Below are positions 43,338 through 52,499 of a stretch of 64,000 nucleotides of DNA, in pieces. The position numbers and the translations under genes were made by a program. The first letter of the stretch is position 1; the number at the start of each line of letters is the position of its first letter. Under the pieces are notes generated by a model, which was not told the DNA's origin, searched no databases, and was given only the letters and a program-made list of their open reading frames with translations. Origin of the DNA: Flavobacteriaceae bacterium (GTDB lineage: Bacteria > Bacteroidota > Bacteroidia > Flavobacteriales > Flavobacteriaceae). Where the stretch lies: positions 6,558-70,557 of the forward strand of contig CAXRDL010000054.1 in assembly GCA_964229535.1 (NCBI GenBank), in the 5' to 3' direction.

Positions 43338-44384
43338 ATGAAATTCTCATGGACTAGACATCAACTTCAATTCAAAACTCCTGGCGGAACTTCAAGAGGG
43401 GTTTTGCGTCACAAAGACAGTTGGTTGATTCAAATCTCCAAAGGCGATCAATATGGCATCGGCGAATGTAGCATCATTGAAGGGCTTAGCCCAGAGTCTC
43501 CACAGATTGTCCAAAACATTTTGGAGGAAATCCCACAATATCTAAACGAGGGAAAGGAGTTTCTTCTCCAACGTTATTCAAAAGTACCTGCTGTACAATT
43601 TGCCATTGAAATGGCTTTTTCAGGATTAGACTCACATCATCCTTTATTGCATTTTGACACGCCGTTTGTTCATCAACAACAAATGATTCCAATTAATGGA
43701 TTGATCTGGATGGGCGATGTTGAGACCATGATGACTCAACTCGAGCAAAAAATTAAACTAGGATTTTCATGTATCAAAATCAAAGTTGGTGCAATTGATT
43801 TCGAATCAGAATGCAATTTCCTAGCCCATATTAGAAAACGATTTCACAGTTCTGATCTTACGCTTCGCTTAGACGCAAATGGTGCTTTTCAACCTGAAGA
43901 CGCCATGCAAAAATTGAACAGACTTTCAGAGTATAATATTCACTCTATCGAGCAGCCCATTGCTCCTGGTCAGTGGAAAGAAATGGCCACTTTAGGCAAA
44001 ACTTCGCCCATTCCAATCGCACTAGATGAGGAACTGATCGGTATCTCCTCTAAACAAGAGAAAGTAAATTTGATCCAAGAAATAAAACCACAATACATCA
44101 TTCTCAAGCCGAGTTTGGTAGGTGGGTGGCAAGGTGCTGATCAGTGGGTGTCAATAGCCGAAAAGCATGCTGTTGACTGGTGGGCTACAAGTGCGCTTGA
44201 AAGCAACATTGGGCTCAATGCAATTGCGCAATGGGTGAGCACAAAACAAATTAATCGACCACAAGGGCTTGGAACGGGTGGATTATTTACAAACAATATC
44301 GATACACCTTTGTATCTTAGAGGTCAAAATATGGGGTTTGATCCCAATAAACTTTCGGATTTTACGTTGAAAACATGTTTATAG
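43338..44384 (+). CDS. menC: o-succinylbenzoate synthase (enolase superfamily)
   Basis: Motifs IKIKVG, LRLDANGA, IEQP and ALDEEL supply the metal ligand and catalytic lysine contexts. ATG at 43338 (TTG at 43332 is the alternative); it overlaps the menA end. Confidence 0.85.
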   Translation: MKFSWTRHQLQFKTPGGTSRGVLRHKDSWLIQISKGDQYGIGECSIIEGLSPESPQIVQNILEEIPQYLNEGKEFLLQRYSKVPAVQFAIEMAFSGLDSHHPLLHFDTPFVHQQQMIPINGLIWMGDVETMMTQLEQKIKLGFSCIKIKVGAIDFESECNFLAHIRKRFHSSDLTLRLDANGAFQPEDAMQKLNRLSEYNIHSIEQPIAPGQWKEMATLGKTSPIPIALDEELIGISSKQEKVNLIQEIKPQYIILKPSLVGGWQGADQWVSIAEKHAVDWWATSALESNIGLNAIAQWVSTKQINRPQGLGTGGLFTNNIDTPLYLRGQNMGFDPNKLSDFTLKTCL

Positions 44385-45292
44385 AAAATGCATATAAAGG
44401 AAAATCAGATGCGTGGCGGTATATCGTTGGTATTTTTCTAATCATAGTGATTTATTTTATGGCTTCTATGCCATTTGGGATTGCCTTAATGGCAGAAGCA
44501 GGTGCTGGAAAGTTAGCTGGAATGTCAGAAACTGAAATGCTTTCTGTTCTCGAACCGAATACGACTCTATTTTATATGCTTTTGCCCTTTGCATTTGCTT
44601 TTTTTGGGATTCTCATGATTTCTCGTTTATTGCACGATCAACCACTCAAATTCCTTGTGACGAGTCGCTCCTCGTTTGACTGGAGTCGTGTCGCTTTTTC
44701 GTTTTTAGTAGTGACTGTTCTAGCGGTATTATCATTAGCCATAGATTTAGCGCTTTCCCCTGAAAATTATGAGTGGAATTATGACCCTGAACGCTTTGTT
44801 GGACTTGTACTAATTGCTGTATTGATGATCCCTTTACAGACAACTGCTGAAGAATTGTTGATGAGGGGTTATTTGTTTCAGGGGCTTGGTGCAGCTTTCA
44901 AAAATCGATTGGCTCCATTGTTGATCACCTCCATTTCTTTTGGACTTCTTCATTCTTTGAATCCAGAAGTAGCCAAATTGGGATATGGGTTGATTTCAAT
45001 ATACATCATTACAGGACTATTTTTAGGAATAATAACCTTGATGGATGAAGGACTTGAGCTCTCTATCGGTTTCCACGCTGCCAATAATTTAGTCATTGCT
45101 TTGTTGGTGACGTCTGATTGGACTGCTTTTCAAACAAACTCACTTTACAAAGATGTTTCAGACCCTGTATTGGCAGAATATATTATTCTTCCTGTGATTA
45201 TATATTCATTGGTTGGATTTATCCTGACCAAAAAATACAAGTGGAGTTCATGGAAATCAAAATTGACGGGTTCTGTTTCAAATCCTTCCTAA
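44375..45292 (+). CDS. CPBP family intramembrane glutamic endopeptidase (CAAX protease-like)
   Basis: 305 aa, polytopic. The three CPBP motifs are present: EELLMRGY (EExxxR), SFGLLH (FxxxH) and FHAANN (HxxxN). It overlaps menC by 10 nt, and its stop overlaps the menE start (TAATG). Confidence 0.85.
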   Translation: MFIENAYKGKSDAWRYIVGIFLIIVIYFMASMPFGIALMAEAGAGKLAGMSETEMLSVLEPNTTLFYMLLPFAFAFFGILMISRLLHDQPLKFLVTSRSSFDWSRVAFSFLVVTVLAVLSLAIDLALSPENYEWNYDPERFVGLVLIAVLMIPLQTTAEELLMRGYLFQGLGAAFKNRLAPLLITSISFGLLHSLNPEVAKLGYGLISIYIITGLFLGIITLMDEGLELSIGFHAANNLVIALLVTSDWTAFQTNSLYKDVSDPVLAEYIILPVIIYSLVGFILTKKYKWSSWKSKLTGSVSNPS

Positions 45293-46326
45293 TGCATTCT
45301 GATTTTCGTCTCAATGGAGTATCCTATGATCGTGACCATCTGTTGTCGTATGCACATGAGCTCAGTAACGAAAAGCAGGAATACCTAAGCGAATTGGGTC
45401 GATTTATTTTGGATTGGTATTCCGAAAAACCTGATCTTGTGCTCCAAACGAGCGGTTCTACCGGCAAACCCACTCAAATTCTCGCTCCTAAAACCGTGTT
45501 GTCTGCTTCTGCAATGACAACAGTCAAGGCATTCAATCTGCAACCAAAGCAGCAGGCTCTTTTGTGTTTGCCTGTTCGGCATATCGCAGGAAAGATGATG
45601 CTCATTCGGGCTTTATTGGCCGGATTATGGATCGATATTATCGAACCAACCGCAACGTTTGGGGTTTCTAAAACATACGACTTCACGGCAATGACACCTC
45701 ACCAGTTGCGCAATTCTCTCGACCAGATTTACCAATTTAAGCAAATCATTGTCGGAGGAGCCCCTGTCGATGATTCACTGAGAGCTGCGGTAAAGGGGCA
45801 TGTCTGTCGTATTTTTTCTACCTATGGAATGACAGAAACCTATAGTCATGTTGCCCTGCAAAACCTGAGTAAAGGGGAAAGGCAGTACACGGCGGTTGGC
45901 GATGTGACATTTTCCATAAAAGAAGATGCTTTGGTTATTCATGCGCCCCATATTGGCATCGAAAAACTTATAACGACAGATTGTGTGGATTTGATATCCC
46001 CCACCGAGTTTGTATGGAAAGGAAGAAGTGATTATGTGATCAATTCTGGTGGGATCAAACTGCATCCTGAACAGATTGAAAAAGCGCTTTCAGCGGTTAT
46101 TTCAGTACCGTTTTTTGTATTTGGCAAACCAGATAAACAATTGGGACAGTCTTTGTCTATCGTGTTTGAAGGTCAAGCGCCAAATCAAGTTGCAAATACC
46201 ATTTCAAAACTCGATACACTCGGCAGGTACGAGAAGCCAAAGGATTATTTCGTACTTTCGCATTTCGTTCGTGCTAATGGAAAAATTCTTCGACACCAAA
46301 CCCTTCAAACAATCGACTTTTCATGA
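45292..46326 (+). CDS. menE: o-succinylbenzoate-CoA ligase (short Bacteroidota form)
   Basis: AMP-binding motifs TSGSTGKPT and YGMTET, plus a late GGIKL. The ATG at 45292 (MHSDFRLNG) is preferred; the ORF-track start at 45118 would lie inside the CPBP gene. Confidence 0.85.
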   Translation: MHSDFRLNGVSYDRDHLLSYAHELSNEKQEYLSELGRFILDWYSEKPDLVLQTSGSTGKPTQILAPKTVLSASAMTTVKAFNLQPKQQALLCLPVRHIAGKMMLIRALLAGLWIDIIEPTATFGVSKTYDFTAMTPHQLRNSLDQIYQFKQIIVGGAPVDDSLRAAVKGHVCRIFSTYGMTETYSHVALQNLSKGERQYTAVGDVTFSIKEDALVIHAPHIGIEKLITTDCVDLISPTEFVWKGRSDYVINSGGIKLHPEQIEKALSAVISVPFFVFGKPDKQLGQSLSIVFEGQAPNQVANTISKLDTLGRYEKPKDYFVLSHFVRANGKILRHQTLQTIDFS

Positions 46327-46502
46327 AGTATAATAAAAATGTGATTTTCGGGATTGCCTCACTCATTCTTACATTGATAGGCATCGGTATTATCTTGTTG
46401 GGTGCGTTTAAGTACCCAGAATATTCTTTTGGATTTAGCTTGACAGGCACGGGCTTTATCGCTGTCGGTTGGGCTTTTAATGCGCTAAAAGGAAGGGTCT
46501 AA
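46323..46502 (+). CDS. Unlisted 59-aa two-TM membrane micro-protein
   Basis: Below the ORF-track size cut-off. My translation is [59 protein letters not shown]. The ATG overlaps the menE stop (ATGA), and there are two clear hydrophobic helices. Confidence 0.5.
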   Translation: MKYNKNVIFGIASLILTLIGIGIILLGAFKYPEYSFGFSLTGTGFIAVGWAFNALKGRV

Positions 46503-47890
46503 CGACCAATCATGTCTTCGGGGCGAACCCATTGATCAAATTCTTCTCCAGTTACGTATCCAGTCGCTATGGCAGCATCGCGTAGTGTTGTGTTTTCCTC
46601 ATGTGCCTTTTGAGCGATTTCAGCGGCTTTGTAATATCCAATTTTCGTATTGAGTGCGGTCACCAACATCAGGGAATTGTCAACAAGCTTTTGAATGACA
46701 TTCGTATTGGGTTCGATACCCTGGGCACAATGTATATCAAAGCTTGTAACTGCATCTGCGAGTAAACGAGCTGACTGCAAAAGATTGTTGGCCATAAGGG
46801 GTTTAAACACATTGAGTTCAAAGTGACCTTGTGCACCTCCAAACGCAACAGAAACATCGTTTCCGATGACTTGTGCACAAACCATGGTTAGGGCTTCACA
46901 CTGTGTAGGGTTTACCTTTCCTGGCATGATCGAGCTCCCTGGCTCATTTGCGGGTATCGACAACTCGCCAATCCCGGATCGTGGACCACTTGACATAACT
47001 CGAATATCATGTGCGATTTTATGAAGTGAAACAGCGACTTGACGTAAAGCACCATGTGTTTCTACAAAAGCATCATGACTTGCTAGCGCCTCAAACTTGT
47101 TGGGCGCTGTGACAAACGGATGCCCAGTAAACTCTGCAATATAGCCGGCTACACGCTCTGCATAGCCGTCAGGGGTATTGATTCCTGTTCCAACTGCAGT
47201 ACCGCCCAGTGCCAACTCGGCGAGATGCGGTAAGCTGTTTTCAATGGATTTGATCCCATATTCAATTTGTGCTACATATCCAGAAAATTCCTGCCCCAAG
47301 CTCAATGGGGTAGCGTCCATCATATGCGTTCGCCCAATTTTAATCACATCTGTAAATGCATTCGACTTCTCAGCAAGCGTTTTTTTGAGCTGATGCAATG
47401 CAGGTAGTGTGTTTTCAACGATACGTTTATACGCTGCAATATGCATTCCAGTCGGGAAGGTGTCGTTGGAGGATTGCGACTTGTTTACATCATCGTTTGG
47501 GTGCAGTGTTTTCTCACCTTCACCCAAAACTTGACCTGCCAATACATGCCCACGATTGGCAATGACTTCATTGACATTCATGTTAGACTGCGTCCCCGAG
47601 CCCGTTTGCCAAATCACAAGTGGAAATTGATCATCATGCTTACCTTCCAAGATTTCATCGCAGACTTGGGCAATGAGGTCTCGTTTACGTTTTTCCAATT
47701 CACCGAGCTCAGCATTGGTATAGGCAGCTGCCTTTTTAAGAATGGCAAAGCCATAAATCAGTTCAATCGGCATCGATCCAGGATCTCCAATTTTAAAGTT
47801 GTTTCTTGAACGTTCGGTTTGGGCACCCCAATACTTGTCTGCGGGTACATTTACAACTCCTAAGGTGTCTTTTTCGGCTCGGAATGACAT
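46499..47890 (-). CDS. fumC: Class II fumarate hydratase
   Basis: Signature [11 protein letters not shown] and N-terminus [25 protein letters not shown]. The internal ATG at 47890 is preferred to the ORF-track start at 47926. Confidence 0.95.
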   Translation of the reverse strand: MSFRAEKDTLGVVNVPADKYWGAQTERSRNNFKIGDPGSMPIELIYGFAILKKAAAYTNAELGELEKRKRDLIAQVCDEILEGKHDDQFPLVIWQTGSGTQSNMNVNEVIANRGHVLAGQVLGEGEKTLHPNDDVNKSQSSNDTFPTGMHIAAYKRIVENTLPALHQLKKTLAEKSNAFTDVIKIGRTHMMDATPLSLGQEFSGYVAQIEYGIKSIENSLPHLAELALGGTAVGTGINTPDGYAERVAGYIAEFTGHPFVTAPNKFEALASHDAFVETHGALRQVAVSLHKIAHDIRVMSSGPRSGIGELSIPANEPGSSIMPGKVNPTQCEALTMVCAQVIGNDVSVAFGGAQGHFELNVFKPLMANNLLQSARLLADAVTSFDIHCAQGIEPNTNVIQKLVDNSLMLVTALNTKIGYYKAAEIAQKAHEENTTLRDAAIATGYVTGEEFDQWVRPEDMIGR

Positions 47891-47971
47891 GGAAATAAAT
47901 CTTTTTGCAAAGGTAAGAAAAATCAAATGCGGATTTTATCAACCTTTCTTGTGTGCATCAAACTTTCTAAA

Positions 47972-47979
47972 TAAATTTG
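47972..47979 (+). promoter_or_regulatory. Candidate -7 box TAAATTTG upstream of the 54-aa ORF
   Basis: Exact match to TAnnTTTG, 18 nt before the ATG at 47998. Confidence 0.35.
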
Positions 47980-47997
47980 CAACATCAATAGACATCT

Positions 47998-48162
47998 ATG
48001 TTTACGTTTGAACAATATCTTGGATTTATTCTTTTTCTAACCATACTCACCACGGGGTTCTGGCTTATGATTTTCCTCATTGGCTTTGTGATTCCTTACT
48101 GGTTAAGTGGTAACCTGATTGAGTGGTTTAAAGAAAGAAAAAAAGCGAAACAATCAGAATAG
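47998..48162 (+). CDS. Unlisted 54-aa membrane micro-protein
   Basis: My translation is MFTFEQYLGFILFLTILTTGFWLMIFLIGFVIPYWLSGNLIEWFKERKKAKQSE. It has a hydrophobic core and a basic C-terminal tail, and is preceded by a -7-like box. Confidence 0.4.
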   Translation: MFTFEQYLGFILFLTILTTGFWLMIFLIGFVIPYWLSGNLIEWFKERKKAKQSE

Positions 48163-48164
48163 CT

Positions 48165-50603
48165 TTATAATTCAAAATCTCCAAAGTCTCCCTGTCCGTA
48201 TGATCCCCTGCGGCCGCGCTGTCTGTTTTTCTCTTGTCTAAATCGGTATGTAAAGGTTAAGGTAAATGTTGGTTCACGCCTTTGATAAATCCCATCGGTA
48301 ACTGCAACTGGTGTGGTCGTTTGGTAATCATACTTTCCCGTATTAAACAAATCGCTAAATCGTAAGTTTAGCGTCGCTTTATCATTGAAGATGTCTTTGC
48401 TCAAAGCGAGATCCGTGTATAAAAATTCTTTACTTTTCCCAAATGAGGATTCGTCTGGACCTCGATATCGTAAAGAGAATTGAGACTGTATAGCGAACGG
48501 CAAGCGGTATGAGTTACTTATATTTCCTGACCAGCTTGTGTTGTCTGTATCATAGGATGCGCCTTGATAATTTCCTTCCTCTATGCGTCTAAAGAAATTT
48601 ACACTTGCATTGGTACGCATTCCTTTAATCAAACGTAAAGAAGTGTTAAACTCAACTCCAAATTGTTCTACTGTACCCAGATTTATCGGAAGACGACGTA
48701 TCACAGGGGTTTCTATGCCGTTTACAAAAACTGTTTCGTCCGTCACTATGGCAACTCGGCTAATGGCATCCGTTGACTTGCGATAGTAAACAGAAGTATT
48801 TAACGTAACTTTTTTAAACTGTTTCAAATAGCCAATGTCGATACCGTTGGAGTAACTCGGATCAAGTTTTGGGTTTCCTTGAAAATAACTGGTTTTACTC
48901 GATCTCGATTGAAACGGGTTAAGCGTCCAAGCGTTTGGTCGTGAGATCCTTCGGTTATATCCCAAGGTGACGCTTGCAGTAGGGCTGATTTCATAACCTA
49001 AGTTGAGTGTAGGGAAGTAACCGTTATAGCTATCGTTGTTGATAGGCGTGTTGGAGTCGAGTTGTTCAACAAATACCCTTGTATTTTCAAAGCGCAACCC
49101 AGCAAGGAATGAGAAAGCGTTGAATTTTTTACCGTATTGGGTGTATAGCGCATGAACTTCTTGTTCAAAGTCGAGAACATTCGAAAGGTTTTCATCAATC
49201 GTTGCAGTGCCATTTTCATCAATAATTTCAACCTCAAAATCGATTATTCTTTTGTTATCTGTTCCTCGATATCCCGCCTCAAATTGCGTGTTTTTATCGA
49301 TGGGATATACATAATCGATTTGTGCCAGATTTCGATCTTGACTTTCTACCGTAGTGTTGATTTCACTATCATCAGAAGGCTGACCATTTTCGAAAAATGA
49401 ATTGATATCAGAAGTTTCTGTTTCGTCATTTTTTTCTGTTTGTAAAGTTGCGGTCAATTTGTGTCCTTGTTCGTTGAATTTATGTTCAAAATCAACACTA
49501 AGCTGATTGCTATCCTCTCGATCAATTTCATTTTCGTAACGATTTGTAACCAAAACTTCGTCTATTTGATACTGAGATTGCTCATTGATTGTCGTGTCGA
49601 AGCCATCTCGCTCGTTCATGAGGTAGCTCATGGTTAGTGAAGACTTTTCAGTCATTTGATAATCCAATCCAACATTGACATTAAACCCTTGCCTTCTTCG
49701 ATCGAAAAGACGTTCCTCAACATAACGATCTACGGATTCAAGAGGGTTTGTATATACATTGTCTTGCACAGCCCGTCCCTTATTCGTGCGATCACTATAT
49801 CCCGAATTGGTAAAAAAGTTAAACTTCCCTTTTCGATAATTTAAGTTGGCTGATCCGCTATAGGTGTCGTTTTTCCCTGTGGAAAGGTTAAATACCCCAT
49901 TTAGACCCTTTAAGAATCGTTTGGCCAAAATGATATTGATAATCCCAGTTGTGCCTTCGGCCTGGTAACGAGCAGAAGGTGAGGTAATTATTTCAACTTT
50001 CTCAATTGATTCTGCAGGTAGTCTTGTCAGTGCGTCAATACCACCGAGTCCGATTAGCCCCGACGGTTTTCCGTCAACTAGAATTCGGACGTTGTTGTTT
50101 CCTCGAAGTTCGATATTCCCATCAATATCAACTGAAACAGAGGGTACATTTTCCAACACATCAGATACTGTTCCCCCGCGAATAAGGTTGTTTTTGCCAA
50201 CATTGTAAACGCGCTTATCCAAACGAATTTCAACTTCTGCACTTTGTCCTACCACATCGACACCCTCCAGTGACTCAACCGATGAAACGAGCTTGATGGT
50301 TCCGATGTTGGTATTGTTTGTATATCGCTTTAAATCAGTTGTTATACTTTCAAATCCGATATACTCAAAGTTCAATGAATAGTCATTTGGGGATACATTG
50401 AGTTTGAAAATTCCATTTTCGTCAGCGATTCCGCCGTCTGCTAAATCCCCATTTCGATTATAAACAGACACAGTGGCATAGGGTAGGGGTTCACTGTTCT
50501 CTGCATCGGTTATGGTCCCGCTCAAAACTATTTGACGAGCTTGGCCAAAGCTTGTGAGGGTAAATAGAAAAAGAATAAAAAGTAAAGCTGTGTTTTTTAT
50601 CAT
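48165..50603 (-). CDS. TonB-dependent-receptor-like outer membrane beta-barrel protein with N-terminal carboxypeptidase-regulatory-like domain
   Basis: 812 aa. Signal peptide, then LSGTITDAENSEPLPYATVSVY (CarboxypepD_reg-like), a plug-like region (IEKVEIITSPSARY), and a long beta-barrel with a Gly/Arg-rich C-terminus. Confidence 0.8.
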   Translation of the reverse strand: MIKNTALLFILFLFTLTSFGQARQIVLSGTITDAENSEPLPYATVSVYNRNGDLADGGIADENGIFKLNVSPNDYSLNFEYIGFESITTDLKRYTNNTNIGTIKLVSSVESLEGVDVVGQSAEVEIRLDKRVYNVGKNNLIRGGTVSDVLENVPSVSVDIDGNIELRGNNNVRILVDGKPSGLIGLGGIDALTRLPAESIEKVEIITSPSARYQAEGTTGIINIILAKRFLKGLNGVFNLSTGKNDTYSGSANLNYRKGKFNFFTNSGYSDRTNKGRAVQDNVYTNPLESVDRYVEERLFDRRRQGFNVNVGLDYQMTEKSSLTMSYLMNERDGFDTTINEQSQYQIDEVLVTNRYENEIDREDSNQLSVDFEHKFNEQGHKLTATLQTEKNDETETSDINSFFENGQPSDDSEINTTVESQDRNLAQIDYVYPIDKNTQFEAGYRGTDNKRIIDFEVEIIDENGTATIDENLSNVLDFEQEVHALYTQYGKKFNAFSFLAGLRFENTRVFVEQLDSNTPINNDSYNGYFPTLNLGYEISPTASVTLGYNRRISRPNAWTLNPFQSRSSKTSYFQGNPKLDPSYSNGIDIGYLKQFKKVTLNTSVYYRKSTDAISRVAIVTDETVFVNGIETPVIRRLPINLGTVEQFGVEFNTSLRLIKGMRTNASVNFFRRIEEGNYQGASYDTDNTSWSGNISNSYRLPFAIQSQFSLRYRGPDESSFGKSKEFLYTDLALSKDIFNDKATLNLRFSDLFNTGKYDYQTTTPVAVTDGIYQRREPTFTLTFTYRFRQEKNRQRGRRGSYGQGDFGDFEL

Positions 50604-51217
50604 TATATTTTGATATTTAAGTCTAGTAATTGTTTGTGAAGTTGGTGGTCGTTTGAAAATTGAATTCCTTTAAACCCCAAATCAACAGCCGCCTTAACAT
50701 TGTCAGCACGGTCGTCGATAAAAACACAAGTCGTTGCATCTAAACCATATCGCTCTAACAATAATTTATAGATTGCAGGGTCTGGTTTCACAAGTTTCTC
50801 ATCGCCTGAAACAACAATACCCTTAAACCATGATAAAAAGGGAAATTTTTGCAGCGCAACAGGGAATGTTTCCCCACTCCAGTTAGTCAACGCATAAATG
50901 GTATAGTCAGGGGATTGATGTAATTTTTTTAAAATTTCTACTGTCCCAGTAAGCTCATAACCAAGCATCTGTTCCCATTCACCATAATACATTCGAATAA
51001 GACGCTCATGTTCTGGAAAGAGTGCAATTCGTTCTCGAGTTGCTTGCTCCAAGCTATGACCAGCATCTTGCTGTTCATTCCATGCTGAAGTACAAATATT
51101 CTCAAAAAACCAATTCATTTTTTCACGATTACCGCGAAATTCTTTGAGAAAAACATATTCAGGGTTCCAGTCAATTAGAACGCCACCGAGGTCAAAAACA
51201 ATTGTATTCATCATCAT
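50603..51217 (-). CDS. HAD-superfamily hydrolase (subfamily IA-like)
   Basis: 204 aa. Motif I-like [12 protein letters not shown], motif II ALTNWS, and motif III/IV K...FIDDRADN. Confidence 0.8.
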   Translation of the reverse strand: MMMNTIVFDLGGVLIDWNPEYVFLKEFRGNREKMNWFFENICTSAWNEQQDAGHSLEQATRERIALFPEHERLIRMYYGEWEQMLGYELTGTVEILKKLHQSPDYTIYALTNWSGETFPVALQKFPFLSWFKGIVVSGDEKLVKPDPAIYKLLLERYGLDATTCVFIDDRADNVKAAVDLGFKGIQFSNDHQLHKQLLDLNIKI

Positions 51218-52318
51218 AGTTCATTAGATTTAGATTCTTGATTGATCATTAAATAAGATTTGAGAAAAGGGTCTAGCCCTCCATCTAGAACCGAACTGAC
51301 ATCACTTGATTCGTGTCCGCTTCTTACGTCTTTTATCATTTTATAAGGTTGCATCACATAATTTCGAATTTGCGATCCCCATTCGATTTTCATTTTATTG
51401 GCTTCGATTGCGTCTCTTGTTTTTCTTTTGTTTTGAAGTTCAATCTCATAAAGTTGGGAGCGCAACATTTGCAAGGCTCTTTCTCTGTTTTCGTGTTGGG
51501 ATCTTGTTTCCGAACAACTGATTTGAATCCCAGTCGGCTTATGGGTCAACTGAACTTTGGTCTCAACCTTATTTACGTGTTGTCCTCCTGCACCACTAGA
51601 TCGTGCAGTTGTGATTTGAATGTCAGCTGGGTTGATGTCAATTTGTATCGTATCATCAACAAGCGGGTAAACATAAACAGATGCAAAGCTGGTGTGTCGT
51701 TTTGCATTGCTATCAAATGGCGAAATCCTCACCAATCGGTGGACACCATTTTCTCCTTTTAGCCAACCAAAAGCATAATCTCCTTTACATTCAATCGTAA
51801 CGGTTTTGATCCCAGCTACATCGCCTTCTTGCATATTGAGCTCTCGAACCTTAAACCCTTTCTTTTCTGACCACATCATATACATTCTCATCAGCATTGA
51901 AGCCCAATCACAGCTTTCTGTTCCACCTGCTCCCGCAGTGATTTGAAGTACAGCAGAGAACGAATCCCCTTCTTCTGAAAGCATATTTTTAAACTCGAGT
52001 TCCTCAATAAAGCTTGTCGTCTCAGCGAATAGGGCGTTAAGCTCTTCGGATACATCATCACCACTTTTTGAGAATTCAACGAGCACAGAGAGATCATCGA
52101 TTTTGGAGGTTAACTGATTGATGTCTGACAGCCATTGTTTTTTTGGCTGAAGTGCTCGAATATAAGCTTCAGCAGCTGAAGTGTCATCCCAAAAATCAGG
52201 AGCTAAGGTTTTTTCCTCTTTGTTTTGAACATCGATAGTTAGCGAGTCCACGTCAAAGAGACCTCCTTAACGCAGCCAGGCGATCTTTAAGTTTTTGATA
52301 AAGTTCAGATGTGAACAT
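51214..52318 (-). CDS. prfB: Peptide chain release factor 2, expressed through a +1 programmed frameshift
   Basis: SPF and [10 protein letters not shown] motifs lie in the ORF-track frame (51214-52251). A 21-codon frame-0 leader [21 protein letters not shown] runs from the ATG at 52318 and ends in CTT TGA C (see the separate site feature). Confidence 0.95.
52252..52267 (-). promoter_or_regulatory. prfB: prfB +1 frameshift site AGGAGG TCT CTT TGA C
   Basis: Read on the minus strand: internal SD-like AGGAGG (52267-52262), slippery CTT (52258-52256), in-frame TGA (52255-52253), then C (52252). Reading resumes as GAC GTG GAC TCG... Confidence 0.9.
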
Positions 52319-52458
52319 TGCAATTTTTTTTACGAATATAAATAAACTCAATACAAAACGAACATATTTTCCACATCTGTTTGTTTAAATTTTGTTTTAC
52401 CCTCTTTAAACAATCGTTTTTATCAAATCTGTTTTTTCCTAAAACCATTAAATTTCTG

Positions 52459-52466
52459 TATTTTTG
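52459..52466 (+). promoter_or_regulatory. Candidate -7 box TATTTTTG upstream of the CBS-like gene
   Basis: Exact TAnnTTTG match, 33 nt before the ATG at 52500. Confidence 0.35.
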
Positions 52467-52499
52467 ATTGCGAATCATTAACCCCATGGATTGTTATTT

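Noticed and set aside
51313-51762. 149-aa plus-strand ORF antisense to prfB (and a 71-aa ORF at 51306-51521)
   Set aside because: This is a shadow ORF of a highly conserved gene, with an implausible sequence and no start context.
52305-52487. 60-aa minus-strand ORF in the prfB / CBS-like intergenic region
   Set aside because: It overlaps the true prfB start (52318), has a Lys/Asn-rich sequence typical of AT-rich non-coding DNA, and covers the candidate promoter of the downstream plus-strand gene.
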